DNA from: an uncultured Mycoplasmatota bacterium
GTDB lineage: Bacteria; Bacillota_I; Bacilli_A; RF39; UBA660
DNA: 64,000 nt
Direction of reading: 5' to 3'
Assembly: GCA_947646095.1 (NCBI GenBank)
Contig: CANSFI010000005.1
Coordinates: forward strand, 6,703 to 70,702
Under the pieces are notes generated by a model. It searched no databases and had not been told where the DNA came from. It saw nothing but the letters and a program-made list of their open reading frames with translations. Both the position numbers and the translations under genes were made by a program. Positions 11,707 through 20,738 of the stretch are shown here, piece after piece (position 1 is the first letter of the stretch; each line of letters opens with the position of its first letter).

Positions 11707-12609
11707 GTGGTATTTGTGTTTGAAATGTATGATTTAAGAAGTAATTTTATGTATTATAGTGATTTCTATTTATCTGCTAAAGAAAGTAGTTTTTCAGAGG
11801 CAAGTAGAAAACACAATATATCTTCTTCTAGTCTAAGTAGAAGTGTTGCAAAATTAGAAGAAATATTAAATTTAAAATTAACAAAAACTACCAATAAGGG
11901 TTTTGAATTAACACTTGATGGTGAAAGACTATATAAAAAACTAGATGAACTTTTTAGTAAAATAGATATTTTTACTGCAGATGATTTATCTGATAATTTG
12001 GAAGTTACCTTAACTATTGGTACAACAAGAAATATTGCTGATTTTGTACTAGAAAAATATTTAACTAAATTTACAGAAAAATACCCTAATGTTAAAATTC
12101 ATATTTTTACTGATAGTGCTACTAACCTTAATGACTATTTAATGAATCATAAAATAGATATTTTGATAGATTATTTACCCCATATAAATTATAGTGAAAA
12201 ATTTGATTTAGAAATTCAACCTATATCACAATATAATACTTGCTTTGCTTGTTCTAAAAATTATTATGAAAAAATTAAAGATAAAATTCACACATTAAAA
12301 GATCTATCTAGTTATACTTTAGTTATTTCTGGTAGTTCTCGTAGAAGGCAAATGTTGGATGAAATATTACAAAGTAAAAATATAGAAATTAAACCCCAAC
12401 ATTTAATGCCAGATAGTAAACTAATGGCTGATTATATTAAAGCAAATAATTTTATTGGTTATTTTATAGAAGATGAGTTAGAAGAATATAATTTAGCCAA
12501 AATAGAATTAAAGGAAGAAATGCCAAAAAACCCTATTGGTATTATATACCCAAAAAGAACAATTAATCATGTTGCTCGTGATTTTGTAACAACAGTTTTA
12601 GAAGATTGA
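11707..12609 (+). CDS. LysR-family transcriptional regulator
   Basis: N-terminal HTH SFSEASRKHNISSSSLSRSVAKLEEILNLKL plus a substrate-binding-like C-terminal domain. The exact start (GTG 11707, GTG 11716 or ATG 11725) is uncertain. Confidence 0.75.
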   Translation: MVFVFEMYDLRSNFMYYSDFYLSAKESSFSEASRKHNISSSSLSRSVAKLEEILNLKLTKTTNKGFELTLDGERLYKKLDELFSKIDIFTADDLSDNLEVTLTIGTTRNIADFVLEKYLTKFTEKYPNVKIHIFTDSATNLNDYLMNHKIDILIDYLPHINYSEKFDLEIQPISQYNTCFACSKNYYEKIKDKIHTLKDLSSYTLVISGSSRRRQMLDEILQSKNIEIKPQHLMPDSKLMADYIKANNFIGYFIEDELEEYNLAKIELKEEMPKNPIGIIYPKRTINHVARDFVTTVLED

Positions 12610-12661
12610 TAGTTTTGTCAGTCTTTTATTTATGGTAAAATAGTTTATATGGAGGCAGTAT

Positions 12662-13201
12662 ATGGTTTGTATAAAAGTTATAACAGATAAAGATTTTAAT
12701 ATTGATCCTATTTCCATAGAAAACCCTAGATTAAGATATGCATCTCGTGGAATCATTTTTAAAGATAATAAAATTGCTATATTAAATAAACAATTAAAAA
12801 ATGAATTTAAGTTAATTGGTGGTGGTATTGAAAATGATGAAGATCCACTTATTGCTTTTCAAAGGGAAGTCTATGAAGAAACTGGTTGTAAGATCAAAAT
12901 AAGAGAATGCTTAGGTACTATTGAAGAAATTAAATCACAAGATAATTTTAAACAGATTTCTTATATTTATGTTGCTGATGTAACAGATTTAGGGCAAACT
13001 CATTTTACAGAACAAGAAATTAACGAAGAATCACAACTATTATGGCTTGATATTGAAACTGCTATGAATTTAATAAAAGACTGTGAAGATAAATTAAAGC
13101 CATCCATGTATGATAGTGATAAAAGTGTTTACCATACAAAATTTATCGTTCGTAGAGATTATGAAATTTTAAAATATTATAAAGAAAATTATATGAAATA
13201 A
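12662..13201 (+). CDS. NUDIX hydrolase
   Basis: Canonical Nudix box GGGIENDEDPLIAFQREVYEETG. Confidence 0.8.
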   Translation: MVCIKVITDKDFNIDPISIENPRLRYASRGIIFKDNKIAILNKQLKNEFKLIGGGIENDEDPLIAFQREVYEETGCKIKIRECLGTIEEIKSQDNFKQISYIYVADVTDLGQTHFTEQEINEESQLLWLDIETAMNLIKDCEDKLKPSMYDSDKSVYHTKFIVRRDYEILKYYKENYMK

Positions 13202-13207
13202 ATTAGT

Positions 13208-13240
13208 TGCTCTGCATTTTTGCAAAGCACTTATTTTTTT
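13208..13240 (+). terminator. rho-independent terminator
   Basis: Stem TGCTCTGCA / TGCAAAGCA with one mismatch, followed by a T-run. Confidence 0.5.
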
Positions 13241-13320
13241 TGCTTAGCAAATTAACTTTTTTCTCTTTCAAGTTGGGACTAATTACTATATAATAGCCAT
13301 CACAAAAGGAGGAAAATTCT

Positions 13321-15045
13321 ATGAAAAATGTTGCCTTAGTTGGTATAGGACCCCATTCAAAAAGAATTTACTTACCTTACTTTAAAAAACACAAAGTAAA
13401 TCTAGCCCTAGTGATTGATCTTAATTCTCAAAAAGAAACAATTAAAAATTATTTACAAGAAAATGGTTTTAAAAATACAAGAATATTTACCATAGATGAT
13501 TTACATAAAGATGATGATTACTTACCTAATGAGATATATTCTAATCTTTTAGCAGTCTGTAATACTTTAGAAATTACCCATTTAATTATTTCAACCGAGC
13601 CAAAAGGTCATTTTATGTATTTAGAATTTGCCTTAAAAAACAATATAAATGTATTAACTGATAAACCTATTACTGTTACTAAAAATATGACATCTTTAAA
13701 ATCAATAGAAAAAGTACGAAAACAATATTATGATATTTTAGAATTAGCCAAACATTCTAAAGGGGCTTGTAAGGTTATGTGTCAAAGACAATATCATAAA
13801 GGATATGAAAAAATAAAGGAAGTTTTAACAAATACCGTAGATCAATACCAAATGCCTATCACTAATATTGATATATTCCATAGTGATGGTGCTTGGGAAA
13901 TGCCCCACGATCTGTTAAAAGAAAATCATCCTTACTGTTATGGGTATGGCAAACTTTTTCACTCTGGTTATCACTTTATAGATTTACTTAGTGATTTTAT
14001 TAAGATTAACGATTCCTTAGGTGGCAATAAAAGTATTGTTAGTGGTGAAGTCTTTTCAAAAGTATTTACCCCTAATGATGAAATAAATATTTTAAATATT
14101 GAAGATTATAAAAGACTTTTTAAAAATCAAGAAATACCTAATTATTATGAAATAAATAGTAAACCTACCTTTGATAAATTTGGAGAAAAAGATTATCATG
14201 GACTTTTAACTTTTTATAATAAAAATGGTTTTACCATTACTACTGCTAACCTTAATTTACTACATAATGGAGTTTCCAGAAGATCTTGGATCGAATCAAA
14301 AGATTTTTATAAATCAAATGGTCGCATAAGACATGAAAGAATTAACATAGAAATAGGTCATCTTTTAAATATTCAAGTACATAGTTATCAGTCAAAAGAA
14401 ATATGTGATCGTACTGATGATGAAGAACAAATTGGTGGCTTAGAACATTTTGATATATATTTCTTTAATAACCCACTTATAGATAAAGAGCCATTTAAAG
14501 AAATGCATCTTGGTGATATGTACTCTACAAAAGAGAAAAAAGAATTTCAAGGGTATAATGAATTATCAAGAGAAATATTTTTAACTAACTTTTTAAATAA
14601 TAAAGACTGTAAAGGTGATATTCGAGATCAAGCCCTAGCAATAGAAATACTTTATTCATGTGCTAAAGGTATTCATAATCACTATTACCATAAAAATAAA
14701 GTAGAAAAAATAGAAGTTCGTAACGATTATACATATAGATTTATTGCTAAAAAATTAAAAAGATATTCTAACCCAGTAGACAAAAATTTAGAAAAGATAG
14801 ATATAAAAGGAAATATTCATTATAAAGATTTATATACTTTTTATAACTTTTTAAAATTTATTCCAGAAAAAAATATTTATGAAGTATTTATCTCTTTTGA
14901 TGATACCAGAGATGTTGCAGGAAGTCTTTTAGATAAGACTTTCAAAAATAAATACTTTGCCATTTTATATTATAAAATATTAGAGTATTTGCTTGAAAAT
15001 AAAGGGATTTCTTATCTTGAACGACTAATTGAAAAAACAAACTAG
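13321..15045 (+). CDS. 574-aa protein with N-terminal Gfo/Idh/MocA-like Rossmann domain; C-terminal half unknown
   Basis: N-terminus MKNVALVGIGPHSKRIYLPYF...TDKPIT resembles NAD(P)-binding oxidoreductases. About 250 further residues have no recognisable family. Confidence 0.45.
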   Translation: MKNVALVGIGPHSKRIYLPYFKKHKVNLALVIDLNSQKETIKNYLQENGFKNTRIFTIDDLHKDDDYLPNEIYSNLLAVCNTLEITHLIISTEPKGHFMYLEFALKNNINVLTDKPITVTKNMTSLKSIEKVRKQYYDILELAKHSKGACKVMCQRQYHKGYEKIKEVLTNTVDQYQMPITNIDIFHSDGAWEMPHDLLKENHPYCYGYGKLFHSGYHFIDLLSDFIKINDSLGGNKSIVSGEVFSKVFTPNDEINILNIEDYKRLFKNQEIPNYYEINSKPTFDKFGEKDYHGLLTFYNKNGFTITTANLNLLHNGVSRRSWIESKDFYKSNGRIRHERINIEIGHLLNIQVHSYQSKEICDRTDDEEQIGGLEHFDIYFFNNPLIDKEPFKEMHLGDMYSTKEKKEFQGYNELSREIFLTNFLNNKDCKGDIRDQALAIEILYSCAKGIHNHYYHKNKVEKIEVRNDYTYRFIAKKLKRYSNPVDKNLEKIDIKGNIHYKDLYTFYNFLKFIPEKNIYEVFISFDDTRDVAGSLLDKTFKNKYFAILYYKILEYLLENKGISYLERLIEKTN

Positions 15046-15165
15046 TTTACTATTCAAATACGATTTAGTTTACTTTTTGCGTACGATTTGAATACGATTT
15101 AGTTTACTATTTAAAATCAATTTAGTTTACTTTTCAAATACGAAAAAAAGTTAATTTAGTTTATT
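15043..15165. repeat. iteron-like direct repeats: five TAGTTTA(C/T)T boxes
   Basis: TAGTTTA occurs at 15043, 15066, 15100, 15123 and 15157, with spacings of 23, 34, 23 and 34 bp. That makes about 2.2 copies of a 57-bp unit that also repeats (C/G)AATACGA. Confidence 0.8.
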
Positions 15166-15272
15166 GTTTGAAACTGTCAAGGGTGTATAATGTAGTAAAA
15201 TGAGTTATTTCTGCAAAGAGATAACTTGTTTTGATTTATTTAACAATTTTTACCATTCTTCACTAAAAAGCA

Positions 15273-15301
15273 TTGACTTTCTTTGCTTTTGATACTAAAA
15301 T
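15273..15301 (+). promoter_or_regulatory. sigma-A-type promoter (TTGACT-17-TAAAAT)
   Basis: The -35 box is at 15273-15278 and the -10 at 15296-15301. The same leader follows as after the 11660 promoter. Confidence 0.55.
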
Positions 15302-15327
15302 ATAAAGCAATTTCTGGGGTGGTTTCT

Positions 15328-15402
15328 ATGGTTATAAAAAACTTATGGAATAAATTAGTTCCAAACTATGAATTGTTAAATAAGAATCAAGAGATTTTTT
15401 AG
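15328..15402 (+). CDS. putative leader peptide (24 aa)
   Basis: ATG lies 6 nt after GGGGTGG. Product MVIKNLWNKLVPNYELLNKNQEIF. Its last codons and stop overlap the left arm of the downstream terminator hairpin. Confidence 0.35.
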   Translation: MVIKNLWNKLVPNYELLNKNQEIF

Positions 15403-15433
15403 TGGTATTTTATGCCCTTAAAATCTCTTTTTG
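15389..15433 (+). terminator. leader terminator (attenuator) upstream of the ArpU-like regulator
   Basis: Perfect 10-bp stem AAGAGATTTT (15389-15398) / AAAATCTCTT (15420-15429) plus a T-run, located between the promoter and the 15454 start. Confidence 0.6.
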
Positions 15434-15453
15434 TTTGAAAGGAGGTTACCTTA

Positions 15454-15978
15454 ATGGATGGAATTGTTACTCTAAATGAGTTAATCAATATAAGTGATTA
15501 TATTAAAAGTGCATCTGCAACAAACGAAGAATATAACGAACTTATAGATGAAAAAATATGCAATCAATATGATATTACAGATATTAAAAATAAACTTGTA
15601 GAATTGATTAATAAGTTTAAGTCTGCTAGATATTTATATGAATTTCCTATTGGTGAATCTATTAAGGTAACACCTACTTATGAAAGAGATGAGAGTTTTC
15701 ATCAAAGAAATAATGTAAGTCAAGTGGAAAAAGCCATTGAAAGAAAAGTTGATAAACAGTTATTAATGACTGATATTTATAATTCTATTATTAAGGTTAG
15801 TTATAAATTATCAAATAGTGAAGTTATATATCTTATAAATACTTTTCTTACTCATAAATCAGAAGAAAGTATTTCAGAAATACTTGGTATTTCTAAAACT
15901 TACCTACAAAAAATCAAAAAAAGTTGTTTAGTTAAAATGTGGACAGACTTACAACAATATTGTGAAACAGATGATTAA
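15454..15978 (+). CDS. ArpU / sigma-70 region-4-like transcriptional regulator
   Basis: C-terminal HTH SEESISEILGISKTYLQKIKKSCLVKMW. Its size and position match the late regulators of Gram-positive ICEs and phages. Confidence 0.5.
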   Translation: MDGIVTLNELINISDYIKSASATNEEYNELIDEKICNQYDITDIKNKLVELINKFKSARYLYEFPIGESIKVTPTYERDESFHQRNNVSQVEKAIERKVDKQLLMTDIYNSIIKVSYKLSNSEVIYLINTFLTHKSEESISEILGISKTYLQKIKKSCLVKMWTDLQQYCETDD

Positions 15979-16092
15979 TTTCATCTTTTTTTATGCCATT
16001 AAAGGAGGTGGTGCTTATGATTGTAAATAAAAAGTTCTGATGATTTGACAAACTTTACTAAAGGAGGTAGCATTTAAGTAAGGTGATGAACT

Positions 16093-16707
16093 ATGAGAAA
16101 AAAAGTTGTAATTATATTAGTTAGTATCTTTGCTTTTTCCTTGTTATCAGTAATTGGAATAAAATGTTTTCATAAGGAAGATATAAAACAAGATAGTCTT
16201 TCAAATATTGAAGAAAAATCTAGCAAGAAAAATGATAATGAAGAAAAAAGTGATATTATAACTGATAAATCTAATCAAAACGAAATTGAAAAATCTAAGG
16301 AAGAAAAAGTAACAGAACAAGAAAATAAAGCAGATAATAAGGTAGAAAGTGATGTTCCTAAAAAATCTACTACTTCATCTTCTACTACAACAAGTAATAT
16401 AAAATCAAATAATCAAAATGAAAATATCCAAAAAAATGAAAATCTGATACAAGAATCTCCAAAACAAGAAAGCCCACAACCAGTAGTACCTAGTTGTACT
16501 CCTAAAAAGTTTGATATGAACTTTGTAAGAGCAGACTTTTCATCTTTCGAATCATGTACTCAAATGGGAGATAAATATAAAGAAGTGGGATATGGATATT
16601 TTTGTGATAATTACCAAGATGATTGTGGAACAACCTATTATATGCTTACAATATATGAAAGAAATACTGGTACAGAGTATGATTTTCATACAATACAATT
16701 ACCTTAA
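16093..16707 (+). CDS. membrane-anchored low-complexity protein with Cys-containing C-terminal domain
   Basis: N-terminal TM segment, a K/E/S/N-rich linker and a conserved-looking C-terminal domain. Confidence 0.5.
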   Translation: MRKKVVIILVSIFAFSLLSVIGIKCFHKEDIKQDSLSNIEEKSSKKNDNEEKSDIITDKSNQNEIEKSKEEKVTEQENKADNKVESDVPKKSTTSSSTTTSNIKSNNQNENIQKNENLIQESPKQESPQPVVPSCTPKKFDMNFVRADFSSFESCTQMGDKYKEVGYGYFCDNYQDDCGTTYYMLTIYERNTGTEYDFHTIQLP

Positions 16708-16750
16708 ATGGTAATTTTTTTTTGTAATAAAGTAAAGGAGGAAAAGATAT

Positions 16751-19270
16751 ATGAAGAAAAAATTAAAATTTTTGCTAGCCATATTTGGACTATTAATGCT
16801 ATGTCCAAGTATCAATGTAGAAGCACAGACCTATCAAGAAACATTTAATGATAAATATATGTGGATTCCAGGAACATGGGTAAATAAAACAAAAGATGGA
16901 AATACTAAATATCAACAATTAACGATGATTGTAAGGAAAAGTGATAATCAATTTGTATATTGCATTGAACCAGGTACTCCACTTGATAATAATCAGATTT
17001 ATAATGGTCAAGATTATGACCAAGCATATGTAGCAAATATAACACAATCACAATGGAGAAGAATACAACTATTAGCATATTATGGTTATGGATATAGTGA
17101 TTCTGAAGTAAATCATACTGACCTAAAATGGTATTCAGTAACTCAATTTATGATTTGGCAAACTGTTCCTAGTGGATACGATATTTACTTTACTGATTCC
17201 TTAAATGGAAATAGAATTACTAAGTATACAAGTGAAATGGCAGAAATGGAGGCATTATTAAGTAAACATTATGCTACACCAGATTTTGGAACTACTAACT
17301 TTGAAACAATTATTGGGCAAACCTTAAAATTGACAGATAAAAGTAGTGTATTGTCAAAATATGAGGTAACATCAAATTCTTTCATTTCATCAAGCAAAAA
17401 TGGAAATGATTTATATTTAACTGCTAATGCAGTTGGAAATACTGAAATTTCCTTAACTAAAAGGGATGTTAAGTATTCTCATCCTACAATCGTATATGTA
17501 AAACCAAACACTCAAAATGTTGTTCAAGTAGGTAGTTATGATCCAATAGATACAAAAATTAATATTAATATTTTAGGTGGTAAAATTACTGCAGAAAAGT
17601 TAGATAGCAAAACTTTAAGTTATAAACCTTTAGGTGATGCAAAATTGATAGGTGCAGTTTATGGAGTATATAATGAACAAGATGTTAGAGTTGGTCAAGT
17701 AACAATAGGAAATGATAACAAAGGTACAAGCGACTACTTACCAAGTTTAGGTCGTTTTTATTTAAGAGAAGAAATTAGTGGAAAAGGATATAAAATTGAT
17801 GATTCTATGCACTGGTTTGAACTTACAAAAGATAATCTATATCCAACATTGAAAGTTTTTGAAGATGTTATTGAAGTAGATGTTGAATTATATAAAGTTT
17901 TTGCAAATAGTCAAACTGGTATTTTAACAGGAGAGCCAAATATTGAATTTGAATTTTATTTAATTTCAAGTGGAGAACTTTATACAACTGGAAAAACAAA
18001 TGAAAAAGGAAAATTAAAAGTTACACTTCCATATGGAAAATGGAGAGTTCATCAAAAAAATACAAGTTTAAATCATGAAAAGGTAGATGATTTTGAAATA
18101 ACAATAGATGAAAATACAGAAAGTCCATATTATCAATTATTATCAAATGCACCTATAACTGCAAAATTAAAAGTTTTAAAAATTGATAAAGATTCACAAA
18201 AAGTAATTATTCGTGAGGGATTAAAATTTAAAATTAAGAATTTGGATACTAATGAATATGTAAAACAAACTATTACATATCCAACTGCTCAAACAATAGA
18301 TGTTTTTGAAATGGATAAAAATGGTGTAATTATTACTCCATATGCTTTATCTAGTGGTCGTTACCAATTAGAAGAAGTAGAAAATCAAACAATAGATGGT
18401 TATCTATGGAATAATGAGCCTTTGATTTTTGAAATAGGAGAAAATAGTAACTTTATAGAAGATGAACAATATGGAACTCTTTTAGAAGTTAGATTTGCCA
18501 ATACTCAAGTTAAGGGTGAAGTTACCATTAATAAAGTTGGTGAAGAACTTGTTATTGAAAACGATTCATATCATTATGAAGAAATAAAACTTGATGGTGT
18601 TGTCTATGAACTATATGCCAATGAAGATATAATTTCTGGTGATGGAACTTTAGTTTATAAAAAAGGTTCTTTAGTTGGTACTTATGAAACTAAGGATGGT
18701 TTTTTTAAGGTATCTGATTTATTTTTGGGAAAATATTTTTTCTTAGAAAAGTCAACAGTTGACTCTCATATACTAGATACTTCTAAGCATGAATTTGAGT
18801 TAAAATATAAAGATCAATATACACCTATCATTGATTTAAGTTTTACATATAAAAATTATCTTGCTAAATCAACTTTAGAATTTACCAAAACTGACTTAGT
18901 AACTGGTGAGCCACTACCTAATACGAAGATTACTATTTTTACAAATAATGATGGTGAAGAACAAAAGAAAATCTTTGAGGGTTATACCAATGAATTTGGA
19001 AAAATTACGATTACAGATTTGTTCGTTTCAAAATTCGTATTATATGAAAGTGAAGCACCAGAAAATTACATTTTAAATACTGAGCCAATGGAATTTGAAA
19101 TTACTAAAAATGGTGAGATTATTAAAGCAGATATGACAAATGAAAAAATAGTTGAAGTTCCTAATACTGGTTTAAGTAATGTTAATTATGAAGTTATTGG
19201 TAGTTTAGTTTTAATAGTGTCTGGTGTAGGGTTAATTGGTTATGGCTTACTTAAAAAGAAAAGAAAATAA
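16751..19270 (+). CDS. cell-wall-anchored adhesin: thioester domain plus Cna-B/SpaA-type repeats and a sorting signal
   Basis: Signal peptide; the thioester-domain motifs VYCIEPG and VTQFMIWQ (TQxxxW); Cna-B-like repeats (LEFTKTDLVTGEPLPNTKITIF...YESEAPENY). The C-terminus reads VPNTG, then a hydrophobic stretch, then KKKRK. Confidence 0.75.
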   Translation: MKKKLKFLLAIFGLLMLCPSINVEAQTYQETFNDKYMWIPGTWVNKTKDGNTKYQQLTMIVRKSDNQFVYCIEPGTPLDNNQIYNGQDYDQAYVANITQSQWRRIQLLAYYGYGYSDSEVNHTDLKWYSVTQFMIWQTVPSGYDIYFTDSLNGNRITKYTSEMAEMEALLSKHYATPDFGTTNFETIIGQTLKLTDKSSVLSKYEVTSNSFISSSKNGNDLYLTANAVGNTEISLTKRDVKYSHPTIVYVKPNTQNVVQVGSYDPIDTKININILGGKITAEKLDSKTLSYKPLGDAKLIGAVYGVYNEQDVRVGQVTIGNDNKGTSDYLPSLGRFYLREEISGKGYKIDDSMHWFELTKDNLYPTLKVFEDVIEVDVELYKVFANSQTGILTGEPNIEFEFYLISSGELYTTGKTNEKGKLKVTLPYGKWRVHQKNTSLNHEKVDDFEITIDENTESPYYQLLSNAPITAKLKVLKIDKDSQKVIIREGLKFKIKNLDTNEYVKQTITYPTAQTIDVFEMDKNGVIITPYALSSGRYQLEEVENQTIDGYLWNNEPLIFEIGENSNFIEDEQYGTLLEVRFANTQVKGEVTINKVGEELVIENDSYHYEEIKLDGVVYELYANEDIISGDGTLVYKKGSLVGTYETKDGFFKVSDLFLGKYFFLEKSTVDSHILDTSKHEFELKYKDQYTPIIDLSFTYKNYLAKSTLEFTKTDLVTGEPLPNTKITIFTNNDGEEQKKIFEGYTNEFGKITITDLFVSKFVLYESEAPENYILNTEPMEFEITKNGEIIKADMTNEKIVEVPNTGLSNVNYEVIGSLVLIVSGVGLIGYGLLKKKRK

Positions 19271-19892
19271 AAAGTTTGCCATTTTAAAATATATAGGACT
19301 ATTTTTATTTATGTGTGGTCTTTTTATGTTTATTTATCATCATGCTAACACTAAATTATTAGAAGATAAAGACAATGCAAAAATTGAAACTTTTTTTAAG
19401 GAAAAAATAGTTGATAATAATGTAGAAAATACAGAAGAAAATAGTCCTAAAAAAACTACCACTTCTAACAAGGTTGATTACAATTATATAGGTGTTTTGG
19501 AAATACCATCTATCTCTTTAAAACGAGGTTTAGTAAGTCCAGATAGTCGTTATAATAATGTTAATTATAATATTCAGATTATAGAGCATTCCACTATGCC
19601 AGATGTTATAAATGGTAACTTGATACTTGCAAGTCATAATGGGGCAAGTTATATATCGTTCTTTAAAAATTTACATAAATTAAATATTAATGATATGGTG
19701 TATATTTATTATCAAGGTTATAAGTATGAATATACTTTAGATAATATTTATGATACCCCAAAAGATGGTAAGGTAGAAATTTTTAGAGATCCTAAAAAAA
19801 CTGCTTTAACTTTAATCACTTGTAAGAAAAATACCAAAGATACTCAAGTTGTATATGTTGGTTATTTAACAAATAAGGAGCAATACTCTTGA
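19236..19892 (+). CDS. sortase
   Basis: N-terminal TM segment, catalytic His context LASHNG and catalytic Cys motif TLITC. It overlaps the adhesin stop codon. Confidence 0.8.
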   Translation: MVMAYLKRKENKKFAILKYIGLFLFMCGLFMFIYHHANTKLLEDKDNAKIETFFKEKIVDNNVENTEENSPKKTTTSNKVDYNYIGVLEIPSISLKRGLVSPDSRYNNVNYNIQIIEHSTMPDVINGNLILASHNGASYISFFKNLHKLNINDMVYIYYQGYKYEYTLDNIYDTPKDGKVEIFRDPKKTALTLITCKKNTKDTQVVYVGYLTNKEQYS

Positions 19893-20146
19893 ATAACGAA
19901 TATTGTAAAATACCTAATTTAGTAAAAAATAATAAGTATATTTGTAGTAATGCTAAACTCTTGTATGGGGATATTCTTTTACTCTGTCATCAAAATGGCT
20001 ATTGTTATGCATCTAATAAGTTTCTTGCTAACAATTTAGGTTTAACTCCTAGAACTGTTACTAGACTTATTAAAGAATTAAAGGATGAAAATTTAATTAA
20101 GATTTCCTATACAGAAGAACATAATAGAAGAATATATTTAGTTTAA
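19889..20146 (+). CDS. HTH DNA-binding protein (DnaD/replication-initiator N-terminal-like)
   Basis: wHTH-like YASNKFLANNLGLTPRTVTRLIKELKDENLI. Confidence 0.5.
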   Translation: MNNEYCKIPNLVKNNKYICSNAKLLYGDILLLCHQNGYCYASNKFLANNLGLTPRTVTRLIKELKDENLIKISYTEEHNRRIYLV

Positions 20147-20290
20147 ATTTTCTACTTATATAGTCTTTAATGACTATTACCTATGGATGCTTATTACTAT
20201 TAAATATAATAAATAAAATATAAAGAAAAAATATAATAAATTTTAACTAGTTTAAATATATAACTAGTTACTAAACTAGGAGGTGTTAAA

Positions 20291-20734
20291 ATTAACAAAA
20301 ATAAAATCGAACTAATTGGTAAGATAACTAGTTTATCGTATAAAAGACAAGACATAAAGGGTAAAAAATTTATGTTTTTTGATATAGTACAAAATGATAA
20401 ATTAGATAACAATTCTTATTCTTCTAGTTTTTATAAAGTTAAATTAAATGAAGAATTATTAAATAAATATCAAGATATGATAAAAGTATCAAATAATATT
20501 TATATTGATGGTTACTTAAATTCTTATTTAAAAGATAATCAAAATATTTATTACATATTTCCTAAAGAAATTAAATTATTAGATAAAAACTATAAATTAG
20601 AAAATAATGATATACCCATGATAGATTATGATACTGATGGTGTTATGATTTGGCATGGTGTAAGGTGTGAATCAGAGCCACTATCAGAAGAAGAACAAAA
20701 AGAAATGGCAGATCTGCTTAGTGCCTACCAATAA
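20291..20734 (+). CDS. OB-fold (SSB-like) protein; probable ATT start
   Basis: The frame is open from 20264. AGGAGGTG sits 5 nt before ATT at 20291. The N-terminal extension INKNKIELIGKITSLSYKRQDIKGKKFMFFDI looks like an SSB first strand. The alternative start is ATG 20372. Confidence 0.4.
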   Translation: MNKNKIELIGKITSLSYKRQDIKGKKFMFFDIVQNDKLDNNSYSSSFYKVKLNEELLNKYQDMIKVSNNIYIDGYLNSYLKDNQNIYYIFPKEIKLLDKNYKLENNDIPMIDYDTDGVMIWHGVRCESEPLSEEEQKEMADLLSAYQ

Positions 20735-20738
20735 ACTA

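Noticed and set aside
15043-15165. Possible CRISPR array, given the short direct repeats
   Set aside because: The repeated boxes are only 9-11 bp. Spacing alternates between 23 and 34 bp, and the intervening sequence is itself repeated. There are no cas genes. The array is better explained as iterons or operator sites.
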